Source of the DNA: an uncultured Chitinophaga sp.
Lineage (GTDB): Bacteria > Bacteroidota > Bacteroidia > Chitinophagales > Chitinophagaceae
Direction of reading: 5' to 3'
Length of the DNA: 64,000 nucleotides
Assembly: GCA_964444975.1 (NCBI GenBank)
Contig: CAYUJD010000008.1
Span: 9,496-73,495 of the forward strand
A model generated the notes under the pieces. That model searched no databases. It saw only the letters and a program-made list of their open reading frames with translations, and was not told the DNA's origin. Position 1 is the first letter of the stretch, and every line of letters begins with the position of its first letter. Position numbers and translations under genes: made by a program. Below, piece by piece: positions 9,050 through 19,124 of this stretch.

Positions 9050-9712
9050 ATGCCTGCTTCTATTTCTGAAAAATTGAAAATAAAAACCGGCGATACGCTG
9101 CTTACCCTGAATGCTCCCGCTGATTTTAAAAAAAAACTTAAAGGCTTGCCACCCGGTGTAAAAATTACCGACACTGCCAAAGACTATAACCAGCTTCACT
9201 GGTTTGTAATGAACCGGGCGCAACTGGAAAAAGAAATGAGCCGGATGATGAAACTGCTGAAGCCCGGCGTGATTGTGTGGGTGTATTACCCCAAAGGCAC
9301 ATCAAAAATTCAGACCGACCTGACAAGAGACAAAGGCTGGGACTGCCTGATGGCCGAAAACGATAAACTGACATGGATCAGCCTGATTTCTTTTGACAAT
9401 ACCTGGAGCACATTCGGCATACGGGCAAAAACTGAAGCCGACAAAGTGAAAGAAGCACAACCAAGACCTGAACGTGAAATTTTCAAATGGGTGAACCCGC
9501 AGACAAAAGAAGTGAAACTACCGGATGACCTGGCAACTATTTTAAAAAAGAATAAAAAACAGGCTGAGTTTTTCAAAACCCTTTCGTTTACCAACAAAAA
9601 AGAATACATCGAATGGGTGGTTTCCGCCAAACAAGAGAAAACAAGAACGGAAAGAATAAAAGAAACATTGGCAAGGCTGGGTAAAGGATGGAAGAACCCC
9701 CGGAATATTTAG
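9050..9712 (+). CDS. YdeI/OmpD-associated family protein
   Basis: 220 aa. The C-terminus FFKTLSFTNKKEYIEWVVSAKQEKTRTERIKETLARLGKG is typical of the YdeI/OmdA domain. Confidence 0.65.
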   Translation: MPASISEKLKIKTGDTLLTLNAPADFKKKLKGLPPGVKITDTAKDYNQLHWFVMNRAQLEKEMSRMMKLLKPGVIVWVYYPKGTSKIQTDLTRDKGWDCLMAENDKLTWISLISFDNTWSTFGIRAKTEADKVKEAQPRPEREIFKWVNPQTKEVKLPDDLATILKKNKKQAEFFKTLSFTNKKEYIEWVVSAKQEKTRTERIKETLARLGKGWKNPRNI

Positions 9713-9890
9713 CTAAGAGTTTAAAGAGAGGAAAGAGAAAAGTAGGAAAGTAAAAGGGATAAAAGCATACAATCGGCAATGGGCAGGAAGCAAAAAATGA
9801 AACAGGCTGCCTGCAATAACCTGCAACCAACCTGGGCCCGGAATGTTCGGGGCCTCGGAGGGCTTACCAGGAACCAGCAACCAGCAACTC

Positions 9891-10304
9891 ATGAACCTGA
9901 CTAACGATACCTACTTACGGCTAGTGAACGCCAAACTCTTTATTGATGAAAACTATCATGAGCCGATTGACCTGGATGTGGTGTCGCGGAAAGCTTTTAT
10001 TTCAAAATTTCATTTTCACCGGCTGTTCCGGCGCATTTACCGCAAAACACCGCATGAATATCTTACACGCAAACGGCTGGAAAAAGCCAAAGACCTGCTG
10101 GCCGAAAACAAACCCGTGACAGAAGTGTGTAACGAAGTAGGTTTTGAAAGCATCGGTTCCTTCAGCGCCTTATTTAAAAAAGAAATCGGCTTTGCTCCTA
10201 CGTACTACCGCAATATGGCCTGGCTGAAAAAACAGGAAGCCAAACAACAGCCGAAAAAATTTATCCCGCATTGTTTTATTGATTCGTATAAGCTGGACCA
10301 GTAA
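9891..10304 (+). CDS. AraC family transcriptional regulator (HTH domain only)
   Basis: Contains KFHFHRLFRRIYRKTPHEYLTRKRLEKAKDLL...VGFESIGSFSALFKKEIGFAPTYYR. The ORF-track start at 9843 lies in low-complexity spacer, so the ATG at 9891 is preferred. Confidence 0.85.
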   Translation: MNLTNDTYLRLVNAKLFIDENYHEPIDLDVVSRKAFISKFHFHRLFRRIYRKTPHEYLTRKRLEKAKDLLAENKPVTEVCNEVGFESIGSFSALFKKEIGFAPTYYRNMAWLKKQEAKQQPKKFIPHCFIDSYKLDQ

Positions 10305-10354
10305 CCCGCAATCAGGGAGTTACTGATTGCTGATTACATTTCATTTTTTATTAC

Positions 10355-10503
10355 AAGTCATCTCAAAAGTATTTTCAGACCACAGATTGCACAAGATAAG
10401 CAAACGGATTGCACCGCTTTTATTCTAAAATCTGAGAAATCAGTGAAATAATATCCGTGTAATCAGTGGTTAATTGGGGTTAAAGTGACTTTTGAGATAG
10501 CTT
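10355..10503 (+). repeat. 149-bp MITE-like / structured repeat, copy 2
   Basis: Aligns by eye end to end with copies 1 and 3, with a handful of substitutions. Confidence 0.85.
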
Positions 10504-10570
10504 ATAAAAGCAAGATTGGATAAGACATTTGCAAGTGCAGGCTTTATTTTTACTTTCTAAAAATTATTTT

Positions 10571-10987
10571 ATGGTTACGAAACTTTCCCACACTTCCATC
10601 TTTGTCAGTGACCAGAACAAGGCCTACGATTTTTATGTAACCAAACTCGGTTTCAAAGTAAATACCGATGCCACAATGGACAATGGCTTTCGCTGGCTGA
10701 CAGTGAACCCGCCGGAACAGCCCGACCTGGAAATCGTTTTATTTCCTGTAAATGGAGTCAATGGTTTTGAAGAAGATGTAAACAAGGCGCTTAATTTTCT
10801 GCTTGAAAAAGGCGTGATGGGCGCCGGCGCCATGTACACTTCTGACTGCCGCGCCACTTATGAAGAGCTGAAGGCAAAAGGCGTCGTGTTTAAATCGGAG
10901 CCCAAAGAACAGTTTTATGGCATCGAAGCCATCATCACCGACGGGTGCGGCAACTGGTTCAGCATGACGCAGCCTAAAGAAATGTAA
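10571..10987 (+). CDS. VOC (glyoxalase/bleomycin-resistance/dioxygenase) family protein
   Basis: MVTKLSHTSIFVSDQNKAYDFYVTKLGFKV...FYGIEAIITDGCGNWFSM. The internal ATG at 10571 is preferred over the track start at 10529. Confidence 0.85.
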   Translation: MVTKLSHTSIFVSDQNKAYDFYVTKLGFKVNTDATMDNGFRWLTVNPPEQPDLEIVLFPVNGVNGFEEDVNKALNFLLEKGVMGAGAMYTSDCRATYEELKAKGVVFKSEPKEQFYGIEAIITDGCGNWFSMTQPKEM

Positions 10988-11053
10988 AACCCGGGAATAC
11001 GAAGTAGTACTCCGCAATTCCTTTTCCGCTCATTCGTTATTTTAGCGGCATCT

Positions 11054-12490
11054 ATGGACCTGAACGGAAAAGGAATACTGAGCCTGTTGATTTTAACAGC
11101 GACGTTTGCCTCCTGTTCAAAAAAAATTATTCCTGACAAACCTTTTCTTTCAAAAACAAATTTCCGCCTGGACTCGCTGCCAGAGTCGGAAATGAATGTG
11201 CCTATACAGGTAAATCTGAAACCGCTGTACCGGCTCGCTGAAAAAAATGTGGACACGGTTTTTACTTCGCCCAACTGGCCCGACGACTGGATAACGCCGG
11301 ATTGCGCCAACCGCTACAAATATCATTTCCGGCGCGGGCCCCTGCAGATCACTGCTTCGGGCAATTCGATGAACATCGGTTTTACCGGTTATTATAAAAT
11401 CATCGGCAGCACCCGGGCATGCATCGGCGGCACGGTGCTTTCGCCATGGACGCCGCCCTGCCGGTGCGGATTTGATGAAGACGAACGACGGGTGCGGGTT
11501 GATTTTACAAACAGCATAACCCTGTTGCCTGATTATAAAATCAAACTGACCATTAAAAGACAAGAACCTCAGCCCCTTGATAAATGTACCGTTTGTTTTT
11601 TCGGCGCCGACATAACCGGCCAGGTGATGAGTGGCCTGAAGGACGAACTGGACCTGGCAAAAAAAGCAATGGAGAATTCCTTGGGTGTTGTGGATATGAA
11701 ACCGCAGGTGCAGCATATCTGGAACAGGCTTTCAGCCCCCTACAATATTTACAACCTGGGATGGCTGCAGATTAATCCGCAAAAAATAAAAGTGAATTCA
11801 CTTTTTGCCCGCAACGATACGCTGAACATCTTTTTAGGTATGACGGCAAGACCATTAATCCGTTTTGAGAAACCGCAGGAACTGCTCACCCTGGTTCCGA
11901 ACCTGGATAATTCAATTGCCCGTCCGGGCTTCACCATTTTTCTTGATGCGGTGCTGAATTACGATTCACTCAACAATATTCTGAACAGCCAGATCAAAGG
12001 GAAGCAATTTGATTTTGAAAAAGGGAAAACAAAAAAAAATATTGTGGTGCAGGATTGCCGTATCTATGGTTCGGGCAACGAAAAACTTATCATCAAGATG
12101 AGTTTTAGTGGCAGCAACGAGGGTATCGCCTGGTTCACCGGCAGGCCGCATTACGATGAAAACAGCCGCATGATTGAAATTCGGGAAATTGATTTTGACA
12201 TAAAAACAAAAAACCTGTTGCTGAAAACAGCCGACTGGCTTTTCAACCGCCGCATCACAAATGAACTAAGCCGTGCTGCAAGGTTTGATCTTTCAAACTA
12301 CGTGGACACCGCAAAAACATTAATCGCCCAACAGCTCAACAAAGAATGGATAAAAGGAGTGAAAAGCACAGGAGTAATAAATGACATGAAAATTGCCGGA
12401 TTTTATCCTTTGTCCGAATATTTCATTGTACGCTGCCGGGCCGGCGGTGACCTGGCCATCAGCGTAGATTCATTGGACTTAGGCTTCTGA
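11054..12490 (+). CDS. lipoprotein, possibly DUF4403 family
   Basis: 478 aa with a lipobox (LLILTATFASCSK). The DUF4403 assignment comes only from size and general resemblance. Confidence 0.6.
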   Translation: MDLNGKGILSLLILTATFASCSKKIIPDKPFLSKTNFRLDSLPESEMNVPIQVNLKPLYRLAEKNVDTVFTSPNWPDDWITPDCANRYKYHFRRGPLQITASGNSMNIGFTGYYKIIGSTRACIGGTVLSPWTPPCRCGFDEDERRVRVDFTNSITLLPDYKIKLTIKRQEPQPLDKCTVCFFGADITGQVMSGLKDELDLAKKAMENSLGVVDMKPQVQHIWNRLSAPYNIYNLGWLQINPQKIKVNSLFARNDTLNIFLGMTARPLIRFEKPQELLTLVPNLDNSIARPGFTIFLDAVLNYDSLNNILNSQIKGKQFDFEKGKTKKNIVVQDCRIYGSGNEKLIIKMSFSGSNEGIAWFTGRPHYDENSRMIEIREIDFDIKTKNLLLKTADWLFNRRITNELSRAARFDLSNYVDTAKTLIAQQLNKEWIKGVKSTGVINDMKIAGFYPLSEYFIVRCRAGGDLAISVDSLDLGF

Positions 12491-12985
12491 CACGTTTGCC
12501 TTGAATGCGAACCGCTTTTGTGAAAAATAACTGAAGCTGACCACAAAAAAAGTGGTAGCTATTTTTGCCGGCAGCGGCCACCAGCCAAACACTTCCACAA
12601 ACAATTTCAGAAAACCATAATTCAGCAGAATGCAGATGAAAACCACCGTCAGGTATTTTGTCATCTGCACCCGCTTCCGCGTGGCTGCCGATTCAGGAAA
12701 TACCACATAACGCATCAGGAAAAAACCACTGAGAAACGTAACGGGAAAAGTAAACAGGAAAGCCGCGATGTGCGGACTGATGGCAATTGCCCCGATGTAA
12801 ACAATTTTTTTCTGCAAAATAATATTGTGTGTAAAAGTATAAAGCAGGATATCGAACAGGGTATTGCTGCCGCCACTGGCTGCATAGCGGAAAGTTTGCC
12901 TGTCCATCACCTTGCCAAAAAAGGGATAAAAGAAATCAAGCAGCAAAATGATGTGGTCTTTTGCACTGTAAACAATCCGTTTCAT
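12479..12985 (-). CDS. GtrA-like family membrane protein
   Basis: FRYAASGGSNTLFDILLY...KIATTFFVVSFSYFSQKRFAFK is a GtrA-like pattern. The start at MKRIVYS (12985) is preferred over the track start at 13051. Confidence 0.65.
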   Translation of the reverse strand: MKRIVYSAKDHIILLLDFFYPFFGKVMDRQTFRYAASGGSNTLFDILLYTFTHNIILQKKIVYIGAIAISPHIAAFLFTFPVTFLSGFFLMRYVVFPESAATRKRVQMTKYLTVVFICILLNYGFLKLFVEVFGWWPLPAKIATTFFVVSFSYFSQKRFAFKANVSEA

Positions 12986-13187
12986 GAAGCGACAAAGATA
13001 CTGGTTGCTTTTGGCCGGTGCAATGGGGATTGAAGTTTTATACCGATTCATTCAGTGATTCTTTGCTTCGGCGGCATTTTATCAACTCATGATGCCCGGA
13101 ACAGGGAGTTGGTTCGGGAAGCCTTTATCTTGCACATTCTCCTCTTCCACGCAGCCGGAATACGCTATTTTTGCCACCGCCAGAAGA

Positions 13188-15092
13188 ATGGATAACAAAG
13201 CAATGAGTACAACAGAAAAAATAAGACGGGTTTCAAAAGAAGCATTGGAAAAACTTTATGGATTAACCATTAATGCAAAAGACATCCAGGTAAATGAAAC
13301 CAAACCCGAGTTTGAAGGCGACTATACCCTGGTATTGTTTTCTTTTGTAAAACAACTGAAAAAACCGCCGGAGCTATTGGGAAAAGAAATTGGCGAATGG
13401 CTGGTAAAAAATCATGCCGGCCTGTTTGCGGCATTCAACGTGATAAAGGGTTTTTTAAACCTCAGCATTGCCGATGCGTACTGGAAAGATTTCCTTCAAA
13501 CGAATTTTGATGACCCTCATTATGGAAAAAAGAATTCTACCGGCAGAAGAGTGATGGTGGAATACTCCTCTCCCAATACCAACAAACCGCTGCACCTTGG
13601 TCATCTCCGGAACAATTTTCTCGGCTGGAGTATTGCCGAAATACTTAAAGCCAACGGTTGTGATGTAGTGAAGACCTGTATCGTGAACGACCGCGGTATT
13701 CATATCTGCAAAAGCATGCTGGCATGGACTAAATATGCCAACGGCGCAACACCGCAGTCAACAGGCATCAAAGGCGATCATTTTGTAGGGGATTATTATG
13801 TCCTGTTTGAAAATGATCTGAAGACACAAGCCCAGCCGCTGATCGAACAGATTGAGAGAAACGATTTGTCGGCTTTTGCAGGCGAAGAACTGGAGGAACT
13901 GAAAATATTAACACGGGTACTGGTAAAAGAAACCGACAAAGAAAAAATTGCCAAAGCAAAAGAACATATAAAAGAGATTGCCCGTAACCATACACCCGTT
14001 ATGCACGAGGCAAAAGAAATGTTGCGGCAATGGGAAGCCGGCGATAAGGATGTGGTGGAGCTCTGGAAGAAAATGAACGGCTGGGTGTATGGCGGTTTTG
14101 ATGTAACATACCAGCGCATTGGCAGCGATTTTGAAAAAATTTATTACGAAAGCGATACCTACCTGCTGGGAAAAAACATTGTACAGCAGGGATTGGACAA
14201 AAATGTTTTTTTCCGAAAAGATGATGACAGTGTATGGATTGACCTGACCGGCGACGGGCTGGATGAAAAACTGGTAATGCGCAAAGACGGCACGTCGGTT
14301 TACATCACGCAGGACATCGGCCTCGCCGAACAGAAGTTTAAAGAATATAAACCCGATGAAAGCATTTACGTGGTGGGTGACGAACAGAATTATCATTTCA
14401 AAGTTTTAAAACTGATTGCTGAAAAACTGAAGCTGCCCGGAGCCGGAGGTATATATCACCTGAGCTATGGCATGGTAGAATTGCCCACCGGCCGCATGAA
14501 AAGCCGTGAAGGCACCGTGGTGGATGCTGACATCCTGGTGGAGGAAATGATTTCCATTGCCGGCAGGCACACCGAAGAACTGGGCAAGGTGAAAGATTTT
14601 TCTGCTGAAGAATTGCACGAACTGTACAACACCCTGGGGCTTGGCGCTTTAAAATTTTTCCTGCTTCGTGTTGACCCGAAAAAGCGAATGATATTTAACC
14701 CCGAGGAGTCTATAGATTTTCATGGCTTCACCGGGCCATTTGTGCAATACACACATGCAAGGATTAAGTCAATTTTGAGAAAGGAGTCAGGCGCCAGGAA
14801 TCAGGAGCCCGGAGCAGGGAACTTGCTTAAATCAGAAAAAGCGCTTATTGTAAAGCTGGAACAATATTCAGCCATTGTAGAACAGGCGGCTGCAGAGCAT
14901 AATCCGTCCGTAGTTGCTATATACGTTTTTGAGCTGGCGAAAACTTTTAATACTTTTTATACTGGACATTCGGTTCTTCATGCTGAATCGGAAGAAAAGA
15001 AACAACTCCGGCTGATGCTGTGCGAAATGACAGCCAATGTGCTTGCTTCCGGTTTGAGCCTGCTGGGTATAAAAGCGCCGGAGAGAATGTAG
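13188..15092 (+). CDS. argS: arginine--tRNA ligase
   Basis: Contains SSPNTNKPLHLGHLRNNFLG (class I HIGH-type motif) and a C-terminal ...GIKAPERM ending typical of ArgS. The track start at 13089 looks like an upstream extension. ATG 13188 or 13203 is more likely. Confidence 0.95.
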   Translation: MDNKAMSTTEKIRRVSKEALEKLYGLTINAKDIQVNETKPEFEGDYTLVLFSFVKQLKKPPELLGKEIGEWLVKNHAGLFAAFNVIKGFLNLSIADAYWKDFLQTNFDDPHYGKKNSTGRRVMVEYSSPNTNKPLHLGHLRNNFLGWSIAEILKANGCDVVKTCIVNDRGIHICKSMLAWTKYANGATPQSTGIKGDHFVGDYYVLFENDLKTQAQPLIEQIERNDLSAFAGEELEELKILTRVLVKETDKEKIAKAKEHIKEIARNHTPVMHEAKEMLRQWEAGDKDVVELWKKMNGWVYGGFDVTYQRIGSDFEKIYYESDTYLLGKNIVQQGLDKNVFFRKDDDSVWIDLTGDGLDEKLVMRKDGTSVYITQDIGLAEQKFKEYKPDESIYVVGDEQNYHFKVLKLIAEKLKLPGAGGIYHLSYGMVELPTGRMKSREGTVVDADILVEEMISIAGRHTEELGKVKDFSAEELHELYNTLGLGALKFFLLRVDPKKRMIFNPEESIDFHGFTGPFVQYTHARIKSILRKESGARNQEPGAGNLLKSEKALIVKLEQYSAIVEQAAAEHNPSVVAIYVFELAKTFNTFYTGHSVLHAESEEKKQLRLMLCEMTANVLASGLSLLGIKAPERM

Positions 15093-15123
15093 CAGAATCA
15101 GTGCCCGATTTTTTTTTTGCAAA

Positions 15124-15166
15124 TAAAAAACCTCCACGACTGTGCGGAGGTTTCAATTTTTTTTTG
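15124..15166. terminator. bidirectional terminator between convergent argS and the TPR gene
   Basis: Hairpin CCTCCAC-GACTGT-GCGGAGG is flanked by an A-run on the left and a T-run on the right. Confidence 0.6.
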
Positions 15167-15176
15167 AGTAACCATG

Positions 15177-16202
15177 TTACAGACCCATCTGCATTTTCTT
15201 CTGCTTGTATAACGATAAACTCGGGTCCATTTCAATTGCCTTGTCGCATAGTGCTACCCCTTTTTCCTTTTCGCCTTTTTTCTGGTAACTCATGCCAATC
15301 ATATAAAGACTCTGGGCGTTGGTCTTGTCGTAAGTAAGTACTTTATCCCAATAATCTATAGCCTGCTGGTATTTGCCGGAATAATAATATGCCTCGGCAA
15401 TCATATTGAGGATATTCAGGTCGCTGGGCTTTTTTACAAGGATGGTATTAAAAATTTTAAGTGCATCGTCTATATTACCTGTATTCAGGTAAGCCACGCC
15501 GAGGTTTTCCATGTAATCATCATCTTTTTTATACCCCCTTTCTCCCGCCAGTTGTATATATTTCAGCGCCTCCTTATCGGCATTCATGGCATAGCAGACA
15601 AGTCCCAGCTCATATATCCAGTAGTTTTTTGACGTATCGAGGGCAATGGCTCTTTCAAAATGAGGAACAGCGAGCTTATAATTCATCATATCGGTATAAC
15701 TGCGGCCGATGAGGTAAGGAGCCTCAGCATTCTGCGGATCTTCCTTCTCTGCCATCTGCAGGTATTTTATTGCTTCGCCATAATCATCCCTGTCGTAGTA
15801 AATTTTGCCTATATAAAAACTCACTTTCTCATTGGGGTCAGCTTTTTTCAGCCTGGCAGCATACAGCAGGGCATCATCAAACCGCTTGGTATTAAAACAA
15901 AGTGTGAGAAGTTGCTTATACAGTGCTGCAGAATTATCTCCCATCTGTTCCAGTTTCTGAAACATTTCTCTTGCCTGTGCATATTTGCGCAGGTCGAGAA
16001 GTATCCCTGCTAGCTCGGTGACGATGTGTTTGTCATCGGGTTTAAACTTATAAGCTTTGTCAAGATTTTTCCAAACCTCAAGCCTGCGGCCGGATTCTTT
16101 TTCCTGCATTGCTTTATTTAAAAAATAATCCGCACTGTCGGTTTGGGAGAAAGTTGCAAAAGCAACTCCAAGGAATAAGATGGTGAGTAGATATGACTTC
16201 AT
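15177..16202 (-). CDS. tetratricopeptide (TPR) repeat protein, secreted
   Basis: 341 aa with signal peptide MKSYLLTILFLGVAFATFSQ and repeated 34-aa A/Y/L patterns. Confidence 0.85.
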   Translation of the reverse strand: MKSYLLTILFLGVAFATFSQTDSADYFLNKAMQEKESGRRLEVWKNLDKAYKFKPDDKHIVTELAGILLDLRKYAQAREMFQKLEQMGDNSAALYKQLLTLCFNTKRFDDALLYAARLKKADPNEKVSFYIGKIYYDRDDYGEAIKYLQMAEKEDPQNAEAPYLIGRSYTDMMNYKLAVPHFERAIALDTSKNYWIYELGLVCYAMNADKEALKYIQLAGERGYKKDDDYMENLGVAYLNTGNIDDALKIFNTILVKKPSDLNILNMIAEAYYYSGKYQQAIDYWDKVLTYDKTNAQSLYMIGMSYQKKGEKEKGVALCDKAIEMDPSLSLYKQKKMQMGL

Positions 16203-16312
16203 AGGGTCTGTTTGGATTTTATAAATGCGTAGCCTTCAAAAATAATTCGTTATGCCGGGAAATCACAGTATTTCCTTTAATTAATTTTTGCCAGGTAAAA
16301 TAAACTGCATAT

Positions 16313-18331
16313 TTATTTTAAAACAATGGCTGCAAGCGGGGGCAGATTCAGGGTTAGTTTGTACCATTTATGTTCTTTATCGGTTAGTTCACACCTCAAT
16401 TCCCCCGGGTTATAAACGATTCCGGCACCCCAATATTTTACTGAGTCAGAATTGAAAATCTCCTTCGTAAATGCCTTGTTCTGAACGTAAATCTCCCAAT
16501 TATTCCTTACAACCGGCGTCAGGTTCAGTACAATTAAAAGATCATCGGCTTTCTTTTTTCCTTTACGCCTGTAACTGATTACCGACTCAGCCCTGTGGTT
16601 CAGGTCCACCCATTCAAATCCATAAATGTTGAACTGATTCTGGTGAAGTGCAGGTTCATTTACAAGAAGCCTGTTCAGGTCAGCTACACAATCTTTCAGC
16701 AGGCGGTGACTGTCGTATTGCAGCAAGTGCCAGTCGAGTTCCGATTTATAATTCCATTCGCTTGTTTGACCAAATTCGCCGCCCATAAATAATAATTTGG
16801 CACCAGGATGTGTCCACATATAGGTATAAAGGAGGCGCAGGTTGGCAAACTTCTGCCATTCATCGCCGGGCATTTTATACAGCATGGGGCTTTTGCCATG
16901 TACCACTTCATCATGGCTTAGCGGCAGCATGAAATTTTCATCATAGTAATACATCATGCTGAATGAAAACTTATCCTGGTGAAACTGCCGGTAGATAGGA
17001 TCTATTTTAAAATAATCGAGTGTATCGTGCATCCAGCCCATCATCCACTTCATGCCAAACCCCAGGCCGCCCTGCCAGGTAGGTTTGCTTACACCGGGCC
17101 AGTCGGTGGCTTCTTCAGCAATGGTTTGCACATCGGGAAAGTCGCGGTAAATAGTTTCGTTCAGGTCTTTTACAAATGCTATGGCCTCGAGGTTGCCATC
17201 GCCGCCAAATTCGTTGGGCTCCCACTGTCCGTGTTTTCTTGAGTAATTCAGTTTTAGCATGGATGAAACCGCATCCACACGGATGCCATCAATATGAAAC
17301 ACATCGAACCAGAACCTGGCACTACTGATTAAAAACGATTTTACTTCCCCTCTTTTATAATTAAAAATATAGCTATTCCAGTCGGGGTGAAATCCCTTAC
17401 GCATATCGGCATATTCAAAAGTATGCGTGCCATCGTACATAAACAGGCCATGGGAATCATAAGGGAAATGCGAAGGCACCCAGTCGAGAATCACCCCGAT
17501 ACCAGCCTGGTGAAATGCATCAATCAGTCGCATCAGGCCCTGCGGATCACCAAATCTTGATGTGGCTGCAAAATAACCGGTGCATTGATAACCCCAGCTG
17601 CCATCGAAGGGATGCTCCATCACAGGCATGAACTCCACATGTGTAAATCCCATTTCCTTTACATAAGGAACCAGCCGCTCCCGAATCTGGTCGTACGTAT
17701 TGTACGACTCTTCATTGTTTTTATCAGGGCGCTGCCAGCTTGTTAGATGCACTTCATATACGCTCCAGGGTGCATCCAGCGAATTGTGCTTTTTTCTGTG
17801 CCTCATCCATTCTTCGTCTTGCCATTCATAATACATATCCCAGGTGATGGAAGCGGTAAGCGGACGTTTTTCCCAGAAATTGGCAAACGGATCGCCTTTA
17901 TCCTGCTCCCGTTTTTTATAACCCACAATATGATACTTGTAAACTTCACCAAGATTAAAGCCGGGAATAAACCCTTCCCAGATGCCGCTTTTGTCCCAGC
18001 GGGGATACAATTCGTGCCGGTGCTTTTGCCAGTCGTTGAAATTGCCAACCACGGAAACCGATGTTGCATTCGGCGCCCATACACAGAAGTACATGCCCCA
18101 CACATCATTTACCTGTATGGAATGCGAGCCGAATGTTTTATACAAAGTATAATGTGTGCCCTGCTGGAAGCTGGACACTTCTTCATCGGTCAGCAATGAG
18201 TAGTTCCACACGGGCTTTGTGATATCAACGAAATGCTGTTCTTCATACTTTTTCCGGGCGGGCTTTTTATTGGATTCTGCCAAACCTGTATTTTTCGCAG
18301 CCGCATCATGGGGTTTCTTTTTAGTACTCAT
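16313..18331 (-). CDS. glgB: 1,4-alpha-glucan branching enzyme (GH13_9)
   Basis: 672 aa with GH13 conserved regions GVILDWVPSHFP, HIDGIRVDAV and IAEEATDWPGVS. Confidence 0.95.
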   Translation of the reverse strand: MSTKKKPHDAAAKNTGLAESNKKPARKKYEEQHFVDITKPVWNYSLLTDEEVSSFQQGTHYTLYKTFGSHSIQVNDVWGMYFCVWAPNATSVSVVGNFNDWQKHRHELYPRWDKSGIWEGFIPGFNLGEVYKYHIVGYKKREQDKGDPFANFWEKRPLTASITWDMYYEWQDEEWMRHRKKHNSLDAPWSVYEVHLTSWQRPDKNNEESYNTYDQIRERLVPYVKEMGFTHVEFMPVMEHPFDGSWGYQCTGYFAATSRFGDPQGLMRLIDAFHQAGIGVILDWVPSHFPYDSHGLFMYDGTHTFEYADMRKGFHPDWNSYIFNYKRGEVKSFLISSARFWFDVFHIDGIRVDAVSSMLKLNYSRKHGQWEPNEFGGDGNLEAIAFVKDLNETIYRDFPDVQTIAEEATDWPGVSKPTWQGGLGFGMKWMMGWMHDTLDYFKIDPIYRQFHQDKFSFSMMYYYDENFMLPLSHDEVVHGKSPMLYKMPGDEWQKFANLRLLYTYMWTHPGAKLLFMGGEFGQTSEWNYKSELDWHLLQYDSHRLLKDCVADLNRLLVNEPALHQNQFNIYGFEWVDLNHRAESVISYRRKGKKKADDLLIVLNLTPVVRNNWEIYVQNKAFTKEIFNSDSVKYWGAGIVYNPGELRCELTDKEHKWYKLTLNLPPLAAIVLK

Positions 18332-18420
18332 ACTGTAAATTAAAAAGAAAAACTATTTATTTGGCAAAAAGAAAAACGAATCCCTTTAGGTTTACCGGAC
18401 GACAACATAAAGTTTGAATT

Positions 18421-18474
18421 AAACCTATAAGGTTTGCCGGGTGGCAAAGGCATCGCTTCAAACCTTATAGGTTT
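18421..18474 (+). repeat. REP-like hairpin, left
   Basis: AAACCTATAAGGTTTG-CCGGGTGGCAAAGGCATCGCTT-CAAACCTTATAGGTTT, with a 16-bp outer stem and an inner TTTGCC-GGGT-GGCAAA hairpin. Confidence 0.85.
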
Positions 18475-18499
18475 TTTTAAAAAAAATGTAATTTACATC

Positions 18500-19120
18500 A
18501 TGCCTGATTATCACAAACAACTTATCCCCGGCCATTCTTATCACATCATCAGTCATGCAGTCGGAAATGAAAAACTTTTCAGGATAGATGATAACTACCG
18601 CTTTTCTCTTCAACGATATCAAAAACACGTTAACCCGGTAGTTGATACTTTTGCATTTTGTTTATTGCCAAACCACCTTCATTTTCTTGTCAGGGTTAAA
18701 GATTTCAATACTATTGCCCGGCATTTTTCTGAAAAAAAATACAATAAAGAATTTCATCCGGAGATTGTTTCGGATTTTATTATGGAACGATTTTCCAACT
18801 GGCTGAACAGTTATACAAAAGCATTTAATAAAATGTTTAACCGGAAAGGCGCCTTATTTATTGATTATTTGCGTCGGGTAGAAGTGGAAGAGTCAACCCA
18901 ATATACTTCAACCATTTTTTACATACATAAAAATGCAGTACATCATGAGTATTGTAATAAGATAGAGGACTGGAAGTGGTCTTCATATCAGCTAATGCTA
19001 AGCCATGCAAAAACCTGGATTTGCAAAGATGAAATTCTGGAATGGTTTGGCGGAATTGAACTATACAAACAGTTTCACCAGCAACCCATAGTTCCAAAAA
19101 ATGCTGTTATTCTTGAATAG
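18500..19120 (+). CDS. REP-associated tyrosine transposase / IS200-like Y1 (HUH) transposase
   Basis: HUH motif LLPNHLHFLV and catalytic Tyr motif FYIHKNAVHH. ATG 18500 (MPDYHKQ) is preferred because the track start at 18434 lies inside the left hairpin. Confidence 0.8.
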   Translation: MPDYHKQLIPGHSYHIISHAVGNEKLFRIDDNYRFSLQRYQKHVNPVVDTFAFCLLPNHLHFLVRVKDFNTIARHFSEKKYNKEFHPEIVSDFIMERFSNWLNSYTKAFNKMFNRKGALFIDYLRRVEVEESTQYTSTIFYIHKNAVHHEYCNKIEDWKWSSYQLMLSHAKTWICKDEILEWFGGIELYKQFHQQPIVPKNAVILE

Positions 19121-19124
19121 AATA

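Noticed and set aside
18434-18499. Upstream extension of the transposase ORF (track start at 18434)
   Set aside because: The extra 22 codons are encoded by the left REP-like hairpin itself. MPDYHKQ at 18500 fits Y1 transposase N-termini better.
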